Assembly (NCBI GenBank): GCA_028277845.1
Contig: JANQFL010000075.1
Span: forward strand, 5,553 to 69,552
DNA length: 64,000 nt
DNA from: Sneathiellales bacterium
GTDB lineage: Bacteria; Pseudomonadota; Alphaproteobacteria; JANQFL01
Direction: 5' to 3'
Shown here piece by piece: positions 8,759-17,950 of the stretch. The notes under the pieces were generated by a model. It had not been told where the DNA came from, made no database searches, and saw nothing but the letters and a program-made list of their open reading frames with translations. Positions within the stretch are counted from its first letter, which is position 1, and the number at the start of each line of letters is the position of its first letter. Position numbers and translations under genes: made by a program.

Positions 8759-10528
8759 ATGATCGGGTTTCCGGTTGAGACGAGGGAGACGGCAATCACA
8801 GGTACCGGCATTTTGATCTACGTCGTGGGGGGCGTTGCACTGCTGTTGTGGGGAACCCGCATGGTGCGCACCGGAGTCATGCGCGCCTACGGTGGCGACC
8901 TGCGCCGCATCATCGGTTCGGGGACCCGCAACCGGTTTACCGCCTTCCTTTCGGGCATGCTGGTGACATCGCTGTTGCAAAGTTCCACGGCGACCGCGCT
9001 GTTGACCACGAGTTTTGCCGGCCGCGAGCTTTTGGCGGTTGCGCCCGCCCTGGCCATCATGTTGGGCGCCGATGTGGGCACCACGCTGGTGGCTCAGGTG
9101 TTCTCCCTCAATATCGGGTGGTTGTCGCCGCTGCTGATTCTAATCGGTGTCGTCGCGTTCATGTCGGGCGGCCCGACGCGGCGGCGTGACCTCGGTCGGG
9201 TCGCCATCGGTCTCGGGTTGATGCTGGTGGCCCTGAAACAAATCGTTCACGCCAGTACGCCCCTGCGGGAAGCCGAGGCCATGCAGTCGGTGGTCGCTGC
9301 TCTGGCCGGCGAGCCGCTGCTGGCCGTGCTGATCGGCGCACTGCTCACTTGGCTCGCCCATTCCAGCCTGGCCATGGTGTTGCTGATCGTCTCGCTGGCG
9401 GTTGGCGGCGTGGTGCCATTGACGCTGGCGTTCGCGTTGGTTCTGGGCGCCAATCTCGGCGGTGCCGTTCCGGCCGTCATCTCCACTCTCGGTCAGCCAT
9501 CCACGGCCCGTCGGGTGCCGCTCGGCAATCTGATGTTCCGGTTCATCGGCGTGGCTGCGCTATTGCCGTTCATCGATCTGGTGGCGCCCTATCTGGCGCA
9601 ACTGGAAACCGCTCCGGCCCGCCAGGTGGTCAACTTCCACACCGGGTTCAATATCGCGTTGGCCGTGGTGTTCATCGGTCTGGTCGGTGCCGCCGCCAAG
9701 CTGGCGGCGCGTGTGCTGCCCGAAACCGAGAACGGCGAGAGCCCCGACCGGCCGCGCTACCTCGATCCCGATATCGTCGACAAGCCGTCCTTGGCCCTGG
9801 CCGCCGCGTCGCGTGAGACTTTGCGTATGGGGGACGTGGTCGAGACCATGCTGGCCCGCAGCCTGGATGTGTTCCGCACCGACGATCGCAAGCTCATGGC
9901 CGAGGTCGAGGAAATGGACGATGTGGTCGATGCGTTGCACGAAGCGGTCAAGCTCTATGTCACCGACGTCAGCCGCACCCCGCTGAACGAAGAGGAAAGC
10001 CGGCGCTGCGTCGACATCATCACCTTTACCACGAACCTGGAGCACATCGGCGACATCATCGACAAGAATTTGATGGAACTGGCCAACAAGAAGTACCGCA
10101 AAAAGCTCCAGTTCTCGCCCCAGGGACTGGTGGAAATCACGGAACTGCACCAGCGGGTCACCGACAACCTGCGCATGAGCCTCAGTGTCTTCATGTCGGG
10201 CGACGTGGATTTGGCGCGCAATCTGCTGGCGGAAAAGATCGAAGTGCGCGACATGGAACGGGAGGCGGCCGAGAATCACCTCGAGCGGCTGCGCGACGGC
10301 CTGCGTGAAAGTATCGAATCGTCCGCCTTGCATCTGGACGTCTTGCGCGACCTCAAGCGTATCCACTCGCACATTACGTCGGTGGCCTATCCCATACTCG
10401 ATGCGGCCGGGGAATTGCGTTCCAGCCGTCTGAAAAAACGCAAAAAAGTCAGGGAGGACAACTCAGAGCAGCCGCGGCAACAGAGCATGGCGCCGCACCC
10501 TAGTCAAACCGCAACAAAACTGTCTTAA
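8759..10528 (+). CDS. Na+/phosphate cotransporter family protein with C-terminal PhoU-like repeats
   Basis: A polytopic N-terminal half (two Na_Pi_cotrans-like repeats) and a charged helical C-terminal half with repeated PhoU-like segments. ATG 8759 chosen because the upstream ORF extension is non-membrane junk. Confidence 0.8.
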   Translation: MIGFPVETRETAITGTGILIYVVGGVALLLWGTRMVRTGVMRAYGGDLRRIIGSGTRNRFTAFLSGMLVTSLLQSSTATALLTTSFAGRELLAVAPALAIMLGADVGTTLVAQVFSLNIGWLSPLLILIGVVAFMSGGPTRRRDLGRVAIGLGLMLVALKQIVHASTPLREAEAMQSVVAALAGEPLLAVLIGALLTWLAHSSLAMVLLIVSLAVGGVVPLTLAFALVLGANLGGAVPAVISTLGQPSTARRVPLGNLMFRFIGVAALLPFIDLVAPYLAQLETAPARQVVNFHTGFNIALAVVFIGLVGAAAKLAARVLPETENGESPDRPRYLDPDIVDKPSLALAAASRETLRMGDVVETMLARSLDVFRTDDRKLMAEVEEMDDVVDALHEAVKLYVTDVSRTPLNEEESRRCVDIITFTTNLEHIGDIIDKNLMELANKKYRKKLQFSPQGLVEITELHQRVTDNLRMSLSVFMSGDVDLARNLLAEKIEVRDMEREAAENHLERLRDGLRESIESSALHLDVLRDLKRIHSHITSVAYPILDAAGELRSSRLKKRKKVREDNSEQPRQQSMAPHPSQTATKLS

Positions 10529-10659
10529 TTTGCGGATAGGAATGGCGCGGTTGAGCCGTCGCGGCAGCACAGGATATTCCATGCCGGCCCCAGACCGGTA
10601 AAACAACGCACCATCCGGTGCACAACGATCGTCGAACCGAAGTAACAGGGAGCAATCGA

Positions 10660-11703
10660 ATGACGAAAAAGAATATGTTTGGAAAACTGGGAACCGCCGC
10701 GGCCGTCGGCCTGGCGCTCGCCGCGTTCAGTGGTCTGCAGGCCCGGGCGGCCAGCGAACTGACCGTCTACACGGCGGTCGAGGCCGAGGACCTGAAGAAG
10801 TACGCAGCCAAGTTCAACGAGGACCACCCCGACATCAAGATCAAGTGGGTGCGCGACTCGACCGGCATCATCACGGCCAAGTTGCTGGCCGAAAAGAACA
10901 ACCCCAAGGCGGACATCATCTGGGGCCTGGCGGCCACCAGCCTGATGTTGCTCGGCAATGAAGGCATGCTGGAAGCCTACGCGCCGAAGGGTGTCGACAA
11001 GCTCGACAAGAAGTTCGTCGATGCGGCCAATCCGCCGACCTGGACGGGTATGGACGCCTGGGTCGCCGCCATCTGCTACAACACCGTCGAAGGCAAGGCC
11101 AACAACGTGCCGGCGCCGGCCTCGTGGAAGGACCTGACGAAGCCGGTCTACAAGGGCCATGTCATCATGCCGAACCCAAACTCCTCGGGCACCGGCTTCC
11201 TCGACGTCTCGTCGTGGCTGCAGTTGTTCGGCGAAAAGGGCGGCTGGGAATATATGGACGGCCTGCACCAGAACATCTCGCGCTACACGCACTCGGGCTC
11301 CAAGCCGTGCAAGCTGGCGGCCGCCGGTGAAACCACCATCGGTGTCTCGTTTGCGTTCCGTGGCGCCAAGTCCAAGGCCAAGGGTGCGCCGCTCGACATC
11401 ATCATCCCGACCGAAGGTGTCGGCTGGGACATGGAAGCCACGGCCATCGTCAAGGGCACCAAGAACCTCGCGGCCGCGAAGACCCTGGCCGACTGGTCGA
11501 TCAGCCGCAAGGCCAACGAGATGTACAACGCGGGTTACGCCGTCGTGGCCATGCCCGGCGTCGCCAAGCCGGTGAAGTTCTTCCCGGAAAACACCGTGTC
11601 GGCGATGATCGACAACAACTTCGCCTGGGCGGCCAGCAACCGCAAAGCCATCCTGGCCGAGTGGCAAAAGCGCTACGACTCCAAGTCTGAGCCCAAGAAG
11701 TAG
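10660..11703 (+). CDS. Periplasmic substrate-binding protein, Fe(III)/2-aminoethylphosphonate (PhnS2-like) ABC family
   Basis: Signal peptide MTKKNMFGKLGTAAAVGLALAAFSGLQARA followed by ELTVYTAVEAEDL..ADIIWG, typical of this SBP family. Context includes phnW. Confidence 0.75.
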   Translation: MTKKNMFGKLGTAAAVGLALAAFSGLQARAASELTVYTAVEAEDLKKYAAKFNEDHPDIKIKWVRDSTGIITAKLLAEKNNPKADIIWGLAATSLMLLGNEGMLEAYAPKGVDKLDKKFVDAANPPTWTGMDAWVAAICYNTVEGKANNVPAPASWKDLTKPVYKGHVIMPNPNSSGTGFLDVSSWLQLFGEKGGWEYMDGLHQNISRYTHSGSKPCKLAAAGETTIGVSFAFRGAKSKAKGAPLDIIIPTEGVGWDMEATAIVKGTKNLAAAKTLADWSISRKANEMYNAGYAVVAMPGVAKPVKFFPENTVSAMIDNNFAWAASNRKAILAEWQKRYDSKSEPKK

Positions 11704-11731
11704 ACGATTCAGGTTATACTGAATTAGTGGC

Positions 11732-11765
11732 GGTCCGGCCTGTCCTTTCGGGGATGGGCCGGACC
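11732..11765 (+). terminator. Stem-loop after SBP gene (intra-operon attenuator/stabiliser or terminator)
   Basis: 9-bp perfect stem ggtccggcc / ggccggacc with a 16-nt loop, 30 nt after the stop. No clear U-tract. Confidence 0.4.
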
Positions 11766-11851
11766 TGCCATGACAACGAACACAACGCCCGCCGGCGCGC
11801 AGTGTCTGCCGCCGCAATCGCGGGCGACGAGGGGGAAGGCGCGGAACGCCC

Positions 11852-12970
11852 ATGACGACCGCTATGCAGGACAGCCCGGGGCACGAATCCGCCGGGACAA
11901 AGACGTATCTCCGGATCGACGATCTCACCAAGAATTTCGGCGCGTTCACTGCATTGCGCGATGTTTCGCTGGAAATCTACGAAGGCGAGTTCGTCTGTTT
12001 TCTCGGTCCCTCGGGCTGCGGTAAAACCACCTTGCTGCGCTGCATCGCCGGCCTGGACTATCAGACGGCAGGGCGTATTGCGCAGGGTGGTACGGATATC
12101 TCGGCCTTACCGCCGTCGGAGCGCGATTTCGGCATCGTATTTCAATCCTATGCCTTGTTCCCCAACCTGACGGTGCAAAAGAACATCGCCTACGGCCTCG
12201 AGAACCGGAAGGTCGGCAAGGCGGATACCGAGCGCAAGGTCGCCGAACTGCTGGAACTGGTCGGCCTGGAAGGGCAGGGGCCGAAATATCCGGCTCAACT
12301 GTCAGGTGGCCAGCAACAGCGCGTGGCATTGGCGCGGGCCCTTGCAACGTCGCCGGGCCTGCTGTTGCTCGACGAACCGTTGAGCGCGCTCGATGCCCGG
12401 GTGCGGGTCCATCTGCGCCATGAAATCCGCCAGTTGCAGGAGCGCCTGGGCGTGACCACCATCATGGTGACCCACGACCAGGAAGAGGCCCTGACCATGG
12501 CCGACCGTATCGTCGTCATGAACCATGGCGTCATCGAACAGATCGGCACGCCGACCGAGGTCTATGGCACGCCCAAGACCGCTTTCGTCGCCGATTTTGT
12601 CGGCACGATGAATTTCATGCCCGGAACGGCGGCCGGGGCCGGCCGGGTGCGTCTCGGCACGGTGGAACTGAACTGTGCGGCCATGAACGGCATCAGCGAA
12701 GGCACACCGGTGACTGTCGCCGTGCGGCCGGAAGACTTTGTCGTGCGCTGCACCGACGGCGCCAACGGCAACGCATTCGAAGCGGAAATCGACGACATGG
12801 AATTCCTCGGCTCGTTCTACCGCGCGGAGCTGAAAGTGCCGGGCATGGGCGAGAGCCGCATCGTCGTCGACCTGTCGGTCAATGCGGTCCGCGATCTGGA
12901 ACTGGCCGGCGGCCGGTCCTTGCCGGTGGCCGTGCCCAGCGACCACATCCTCGTCTTCCCGGCGGATTAG
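11852..12970 (+). CDS. ABC transporter ATP-binding protein (PhnT2/PotA-like, with C-terminal TOBE-type domain)
   Basis: Walker A GPSGCGKTT, signature LSGGQQQR, Walker B LLLDEPLSALD, and a ~120 aa C-terminal regulatory domain. Confidence 0.85.
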   Translation: MTTAMQDSPGHESAGTKTYLRIDDLTKNFGAFTALRDVSLEIYEGEFVCFLGPSGCGKTTLLRCIAGLDYQTAGRIAQGGTDISALPPSERDFGIVFQSYALFPNLTVQKNIAYGLENRKVGKADTERKVAELLELVGLEGQGPKYPAQLSGGQQQRVALARALATSPGLLLLDEPLSALDARVRVHLRHEIRQLQERLGVTTIMVTHDQEEALTMADRIVVMNHGVIEQIGTPTEVYGTPKTAFVADFVGTMNFMPGTAAGAGRVRLGTVELNCAAMNGISEGTPVTVAVRPEDFVVRCTDGANGNAFEAEIDDMEFLGSFYRAELKVPGMGESRIVVDLSVNAVRDLELAGGRSLPVAVPSDHILVFPAD

Positions 12971-13040
12971 GGGCGGCACCGTGGCGGTCACCACCATTGG
13001 CGCCGGCGCCGTAAAACCCAAGGTCAGTGGCGACGAACGT

Positions 13041-14678
13041 ATGATGCGCGTCGGCATCGTGGTGATCGGCCTGTTCCTGTTGATCGGGTTGCTGTTGCCG
13101 CTCTACGCCATGATGTCGAAGAGTTTCCAGGACTCGGACGGCAATTTCATCGGCCTGGCCAATTACGCCGAGTATTTCTCGACACCGGCGCTGTTTTTCT
13201 CGATCTACAACAGCCTGACGGTGTCGGTTCTTGCCACCGTCATCACCATCAGCTTCGCGTTCGTTTACGCCTATGCGCTGACCCGCAGTTGCATGCCGTT
13301 CAAGGGGGTGTTTCGGGCTATTGCGCTGATCCCCATTCTGGCGCCGTCGTTGCTGCCGGCCATTTCGCTGGTCTACTTCTTCGGCAAGCAGGGCATCATC
13401 AAAAGCTGGCTGTTCGGTGAATCCATCTACGGTCCCATCGGTATCGTCATCGGCGAGGTGTTCTGGACCTTCCCGCACGCCATGATGATCCTGGTGACGG
13501 CGCTGTCGATCACCGACGCGCGCCTCTACGAAGCCGCCGCGGCCCTGCGCACCAGCAAGATCCGCACGTTCTTCACGGTGACGCTGCCCGGCGCCAAGTA
13601 CGGCGTCATCAGCGCCATCTTCGTCGTCTTCACGTTGGTGTTCACCGATTTCGGCGTGCCCAAGGTCATCGGCGGCCAGTACAACGTGTTGTCCGTGGAC
13701 ATCTACAAGCAGGTGATCGGCCAGCAGAACTTCGAGATGGGCGCGGTGGTCAGCGTCGTGCTGCTGATTCCGGCGGTGATTTCGTTTACCATCGACCGCA
13801 TCGTACAGCGCCGCCAAGTCGCCTTGCTGTCGGCCCGCGCCGTGCCGTTGGAGCCCAAGCCCAACCGCACCATCGACACCTCCATGTTGATCGTCTGCGG
13901 CATCATCGCCTTCGTCATCGTGTCGATCATCGTCATGGCGGGCTACGCGTCGTTCGTCCAGTTCTGGCCGTATAACCTGAACCTGGTGCTGAGCAACTAC
14001 GACTTCGACGTCATGGACGGTGGCGGCTGGGATTCCTACACCAACTCCATCCAGATGGCGGCGTGGACGGCGGTGATCGGTACGGCCTTCATCTTTACCG
14101 GCGCCTATCTGGTGGAGAAGGGGCAGGGCTTCAAGAAGGGCCGCACCGTTATCCACTTCCTGGCCATCCTGCCGCTGGCGGTGCCCGGCATGGTGCTGGG
14201 CCTCAGCTACATCTTTTTCTTCAATCACCCGGACAATCCGTTCGGCTTCATCTACCACACCATGGCGATCCTGGTGGTCGTCACCATTGCCCACTTCTAT
14301 ACGGTCAGCCATTTGACCGCGGTGACGGCATTGAAGCAGATGGACCCGGAATTCGAGGCCGTATCGGCCTCCCTCAAGGTGCCGTTCTACAAGACCTTCT
14401 GGCGGGTGACCGTGCCGGTGTGCATGCCGTCGATCATCAACATCGCGGTTTACCTGTTCGTCAACGCCATGACCACGGTGTCGGCGGTGATCTTCCTCTA
14501 TGCGCCCGACACGACACTGGCCGCCGTCGCCGTGCTGAACATGGACGATGCCGGCGACATCGCCCCGGCGGCGGCCATGGCCATGCTGATCTTCGCCACC
14601 AATGCGGTGCTGTACAGCATTTACTCGCTCGGCACGCGCGGACTGCAGGCCCGGACCCAGGCCTGGCGCAAGCGGTGA
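13041..14678 (+). CDS. Fused two-domain ABC permease (PhnU2/FbpB-like, ~12 TM)
   Basis: Two tandem BPD-transporter permease modules, hydrophobic throughout. ATG 13041 (MMRVGIVVIG); an upstream in-frame GTG at 12981 is possible. Confidence 0.85.
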   Translation: MMRVGIVVIGLFLLIGLLLPLYAMMSKSFQDSDGNFIGLANYAEYFSTPALFFSIYNSLTVSVLATVITISFAFVYAYALTRSCMPFKGVFRAIALIPILAPSLLPAISLVYFFGKQGIIKSWLFGESIYGPIGIVIGEVFWTFPHAMMILVTALSITDARLYEAAAALRTSKIRTFFTVTLPGAKYGVISAIFVVFTLVFTDFGVPKVIGGQYNVLSVDIYKQVIGQQNFEMGAVVSVVLLIPAVISFTIDRIVQRRQVALLSARAVPLEPKPNRTIDTSMLIVCGIIAFVIVSIIVMAGYASFVQFWPYNLNLVLSNYDFDVMDGGGWDSYTNSIQMAAWTAVIGTAFIFTGAYLVEKGQGFKKGRTVIHFLAILPLAVPGMVLGLSYIFFFNHPDNPFGFIYHTMAILVVVTIAHFYTVSHLTAVTALKQMDPEFEAVSASLKVPFYKTFWRVTVPVCMPSIINIAVYLFVNAMTTVSAVIFLYAPDTTLAAVAVLNMDDAGDIAPAAAMAMLIFATNAVLYSIYSLGTRGLQARTQAWRKR

Positions 14679-15232
14679 CGCGCCTCATCCTGGTGCGCCA
14701 CGGGGAGGCCGCGGCCGCCTGGTCCGACGCGCCCGATCCGGGCTTGAGCGCGCTTGGGCAGCGGCAGGCCAAAGCCGTGGCCGACGCCATTGGTCAATCT
14801 TCGCCCATGGCCATCGTGTCCAGCCCGCTGCAACGGGCGCGGGAGACAGCGATGCCGTTGGAAGCGCTCTGGCGGCAAACCGCCGCGATCGAACCGGGCG
14901 TCGCCGAGGTGCCGTCCAGCCACACCGACGCGGAAGCCCGGACCCGCTGGCTGGATTGGTTTCTGTCCAGCCGCTGGTCCGATATTGACGCCCATTTGCA
15001 GGACTGGCGCGCCGGTGTGCTCGAAGCCCTGCAGTCGATGAATCACGATGCAGTGATCTTCACGCATTTTGTCGCCATCAACGTAGCCGTGGGTGCCGCT
15101 ACGGAATCCGACGATGTGCTGTGTTTTCGTCCCGGCAATTGCAGCCGGACCGTGGTCGAAGTGAATAGTACAGGCTTGACTTTGGTGTCACGAGGCGATG
15201 AAGGTGTCACAAAAGTGAACTTAGCCCCATGA
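14675..15232 (+). CDS. Histidine phosphatase family protein
   Basis: GTG 14675 overlaps the permease stop (GTGA). LILVRHGE (RHG catalytic motif) and SSPLQRARET. The long ORF-track N-terminal extension overlaps the permease and was rejected. Confidence 0.75.
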   Translation: MTRLILVRHGEAAAAWSDAPDPGLSALGQRQAKAVADAIGQSSPMAIVSSPLQRARETAMPLEALWRQTAAIEPGVAEVPSSHTDAEARTRWLDWFLSSRWSDIDAHLQDWRAGVLEALQSMNHDAVIFTHFVAINVAVGAATESDDVLCFRPGNCSRTVVEVNSTGLTLVSRGDEGVTKVNLAP

Positions 15233-15254
15233 CGACAAGGAAAGGCGTTTCCGT

Positions 15255-16178
15255 ATGAGTGAGATTATCCTGCACCACTATCCGGCCTCCCCGTTCGCCC
15301 AGAAGGTGCGCAGCGCGCTGGGCATCAAGGGCCTGTCCTGGCGTTCGGTGAAGATCCCGATGGTCATGCCGAAACCGGACCTGATGCCCCTGACCGGCGG
15401 CTACCGCAAGACCCCGGTGATGCAGATCGGCGCCGATATCTATTGCGATACCCAATGTATCCTGCGCGAACTGGAACGGCGCTATCCGACGCCCAGCCTG
15501 TTCACCGGCACCACCGAGGGTCAGGCCATGGCCATGTCCCACTGGTCCGACAAGGCCTTGTTCAGCGCGGTGGTGGTGCTGAACTTCGGCGCCATCGGTG
15601 AGCATCTGCCGGAGGAATTCATCAAGGACCGTTCCGAAATGGGTGGTGCGCCGTTCGACGTCTCCCGGATGAAGGCGGCGGCGCCGCTGATGCTGGACCA
15701 GTTGCGTGCCTTTCTCGACTGGACTGAAAGCATGATCGGGGACGGCCCGTTCATCATGGGTGATGCCGCGGGCATGGCCGACCTGAACGCCTTTCATGTT
15801 CTGTGGTTCCTGCGCAAACAGCATCCCGGTGCCGGTCCTATCCTGGAGCCATATGCCAAGACCTCGGCCTGGCTGGAGCGTATGGACACCATCGGCCACG
15901 GCACCATGGCGCCCATGGACGCCGCCGACGCCCTCGACGTCGCCCGCGACGCCACCAGCACGACCGAAGCCGCCGAGGACCCGGGCGATCCATCCGGCCG
16001 CAAGCCCGGCGATAGACTGACGGTGATGCCCGACGACACCGGCCGGGTGCCGGTGACCGGCGAACTGGTATCCTCGAGCGCCCACCACGTCGCCATTCGC
16101 CGCAGCGAGGAGCGGGTCGGCGAGGTGGTCGTGCACTTCCCGCGCGCCGGTTTCCGGGTGCTGCCGGCGCGGGATTGA
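15255..16178 (+). CDS. Glutathione S-transferase family protein
   Basis: N-terminal thioredoxin-like segment ILHHYPASPFAQKVRSALGIKGL..TPVMQIG followed by a helical C-domain. Confidence 0.75.
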   Translation: MSEIILHHYPASPFAQKVRSALGIKGLSWRSVKIPMVMPKPDLMPLTGGYRKTPVMQIGADIYCDTQCILRELERRYPTPSLFTGTTEGQAMAMSHWSDKALFSAVVVLNFGAIGEHLPEEFIKDRSEMGGAPFDVSRMKAAAPLMLDQLRAFLDWTESMIGDGPFIMGDAAGMADLNAFHVLWFLRKQHPGAGPILEPYAKTSAWLERMDTIGHGTMAPMDAADALDVARDATSTTEAAEDPGDPSGRKPGDRLTVMPDDTGRVPVTGELVSSSAHHVAIRRSEERVGEVVVHFPRAGFRVLPARD

Positions 16179-16188
16179 TCACCGTTCG

Positions 16189-17730
16189 CTAATACCGCGC
16201 TTCCCGCGCCTCGGTGACGCCGCCGGGGCCGAGCATCATACCGGTGAGGATGCGTTCCTCGTGGTTCATGCGCCAGGACAGCATCTTCTGGGCGTACTCC
16301 AGAACCGTGGCGGTATGGGCCGGATCGCCGGCCAGGTTCTTGAGTTGCTGCGGATCGTCCTGCAGGTCGAAGAACAGGGGCGGCAGGGCGGTGAAGTGCA
16401 CGTACTTGTACCGGTCGTCGCGGATCACGGACAGGGCGCACTGGTCCTGGGTCAGGCCGAGCACGGTTTCGGCATCGCGGTCGGCGGGGTGGCGGAAATC
16501 CATCTGCCAGTGGACCGTGTCGCGCCAGGTCCGTGGCTCCCGGCCTTCCAGGAACGGCGTCAGCGCCTTGCCGTCGCACTGCACCGGCACCTCGCCGCCG
16601 AGCAGGTCGAGCAGGGTCGGCGTGACGTCGATGTTCTCGCTGAACCTGTCGACGATGACGCCGCGGCCCGCGTCATACGCCGGGCGCGGGTCGCGGATGA
16701 TCAGCGGGATGTTGAAGGCGCCGTCGAACCAGCCCCGCTTGCCTTTCAGCCAGTAGTCACCGGCCAGCTCGCCGTGATCGGAACAGAACACGATGAGGGT
16801 GTTGCCGTCGCGTCCGGTTTCCTTGAGCCAGGCGAACAGACGGCCCAGCTGGTCGTCGACCTCGCGCATCATGCCGTAGTAGGTGGCCCGGAGCTGCCGC
16901 ACGTCCCGGTCGCTGTCGGGCGCCCGCGCGCTGTCTTGCCGCAGGGCCCATGCGAGCCAGGGATGCTGCGCGGCCTGCTGCTCCGGTGACGGCAAGCGCG
17001 CCGGCATCGGCACGTCGGCGGGATCGACCATCGCGTTATAGGGCTCCGGCACCACGTAGGGCGGATGGGGCCGGATATAGCTGGCGTGCACGAACCACGG
17101 CGCATCGCCCTGGTCGCCGATATAGCGCATGACCTCCTCGGTCAGGAACGCCGTCTCGGTGTGTTCGGCCTTGTACCGGGGCGGCGCGAAGGTGGGGCCA
17201 CGTTCGGCGGCGCCGGGATAGTCGGCGTCGGGCCGGTGCAGGTCCTTGGGATTGCGCGGAATGACGTAGCCCTTGAGCGCGAGCCACTCGTACCACGGCC
17301 CGTGATGGTCCGGCAGGTCGACCACGGCGCGGAAGCCCGGCAGCACGCCTTCATAGGTCGTCAGCGCCGGGTCGTCGGCCGCCACCGTGCGCGGATCGAC
17401 GGACGTGTCGGTGTAGCCGAACAGCACCGGGTCGTAGCCCAGCGCCCGGGCCTCCAGCGCGATGTTGGTGTGGCGGGCGTCCAGCGGGGTGCCGTTGATG
17501 CACGAGCGGTGATTGTGCAGGTAGAGGCCGGTATAGAGCGACGCCCGGCTCGGCCCGCACGGCACCGCCTGGGCGTAATGCTTGCGGAACAGCACACCCT
17601 CCGCCGCCAGGGCGTCGAGGGCGGGCGTCTCCACCGCCGGGTGCCCCAAAATGGACAAACAATCGCCACGCCATTGATCGGCGGTGATGAACAATACGTT
17701 GGGTTTTCGATCCGCGGAACCGGCAGCCAT
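16189..17730 (-). CDS. Sulfatase / alkaline-phosphatase-superfamily hydrolase, phosphonate-monoester-hydrolase (PMH/PehA)-like
   Basis: NVLFITADQWRGD metal site, formylglycine motif PCGPSRAS (C-x-P-x-R), SDHGE, and C-terminal KYVHFTALPPLFFDL, which I recall from PMH-type enzymes (~514 aa). Confidence 0.8.
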   Translation of the reverse strand: MAAGSADRKPNVLFITADQWRGDCLSILGHPAVETPALDALAAEGVLFRKHYAQAVPCGPSRASLYTGLYLHNHRSCINGTPLDARHTNIALEARALGYDPVLFGYTDTSVDPRTVAADDPALTTYEGVLPGFRAVVDLPDHHGPWYEWLALKGYVIPRNPKDLHRPDADYPGAAERGPTFAPPRYKAEHTETAFLTEEVMRYIGDQGDAPWFVHASYIRPHPPYVVPEPYNAMVDPADVPMPARLPSPEQQAAQHPWLAWALRQDSARAPDSDRDVRQLRATYYGMMREVDDQLGRLFAWLKETGRDGNTLIVFCSDHGELAGDYWLKGKRGWFDGAFNIPLIIRDPRPAYDAGRGVIVDRFSENIDVTPTLLDLLGGEVPVQCDGKALTPFLEGREPRTWRDTVHWQMDFRHPADRDAETVLGLTQDQCALSVIRDDRYKYVHFTALPPLFFDLQDDPQQLKNLAGDPAHTATVLEYAQKMLSWRMNHEERILTGMMLGPGGVTEAREARY

Positions 17731-17950
17731 GAACGGGTCTCCCAGAAAAAGGCCGACGCTAACGAGCGCGGATTATGGTTTGACGACGGCGCGGCTGCAA
17801 TCGGGAACGTACGGATTCTCGCTGGTTCTACCGATGCCTGGAATTTGGAACGTTTCCCGGCTTTAACCATTGTTAAGCCTGCCGTTGTAGACTTGGCCCA
17901 TTCCGCGCATCCTATGCGTCTTGGTTTGTCAGAAACGGGCTGAACCGATC

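Noticed and set aside
10525-14312. Long minus-strand ORFs (10525..11949, 12302..13057, 12879..14312) opposite the PhnS2T2U2-like importer
   Set aside because: All are Arg/Gly/Asp/His-rich with no TM or enzymatic motifs. The plus strand encodes a coherent SBP-ATPase-permease operon.
14063-14674. Long N-terminal extension of the histidine phosphatase ORF (389-aa track ORF)
   Set aside because: It lies entirely within the permease gene in another frame. GTG 14675, with a GTGA overlap and an immediate RHG motif, is the sensible start.
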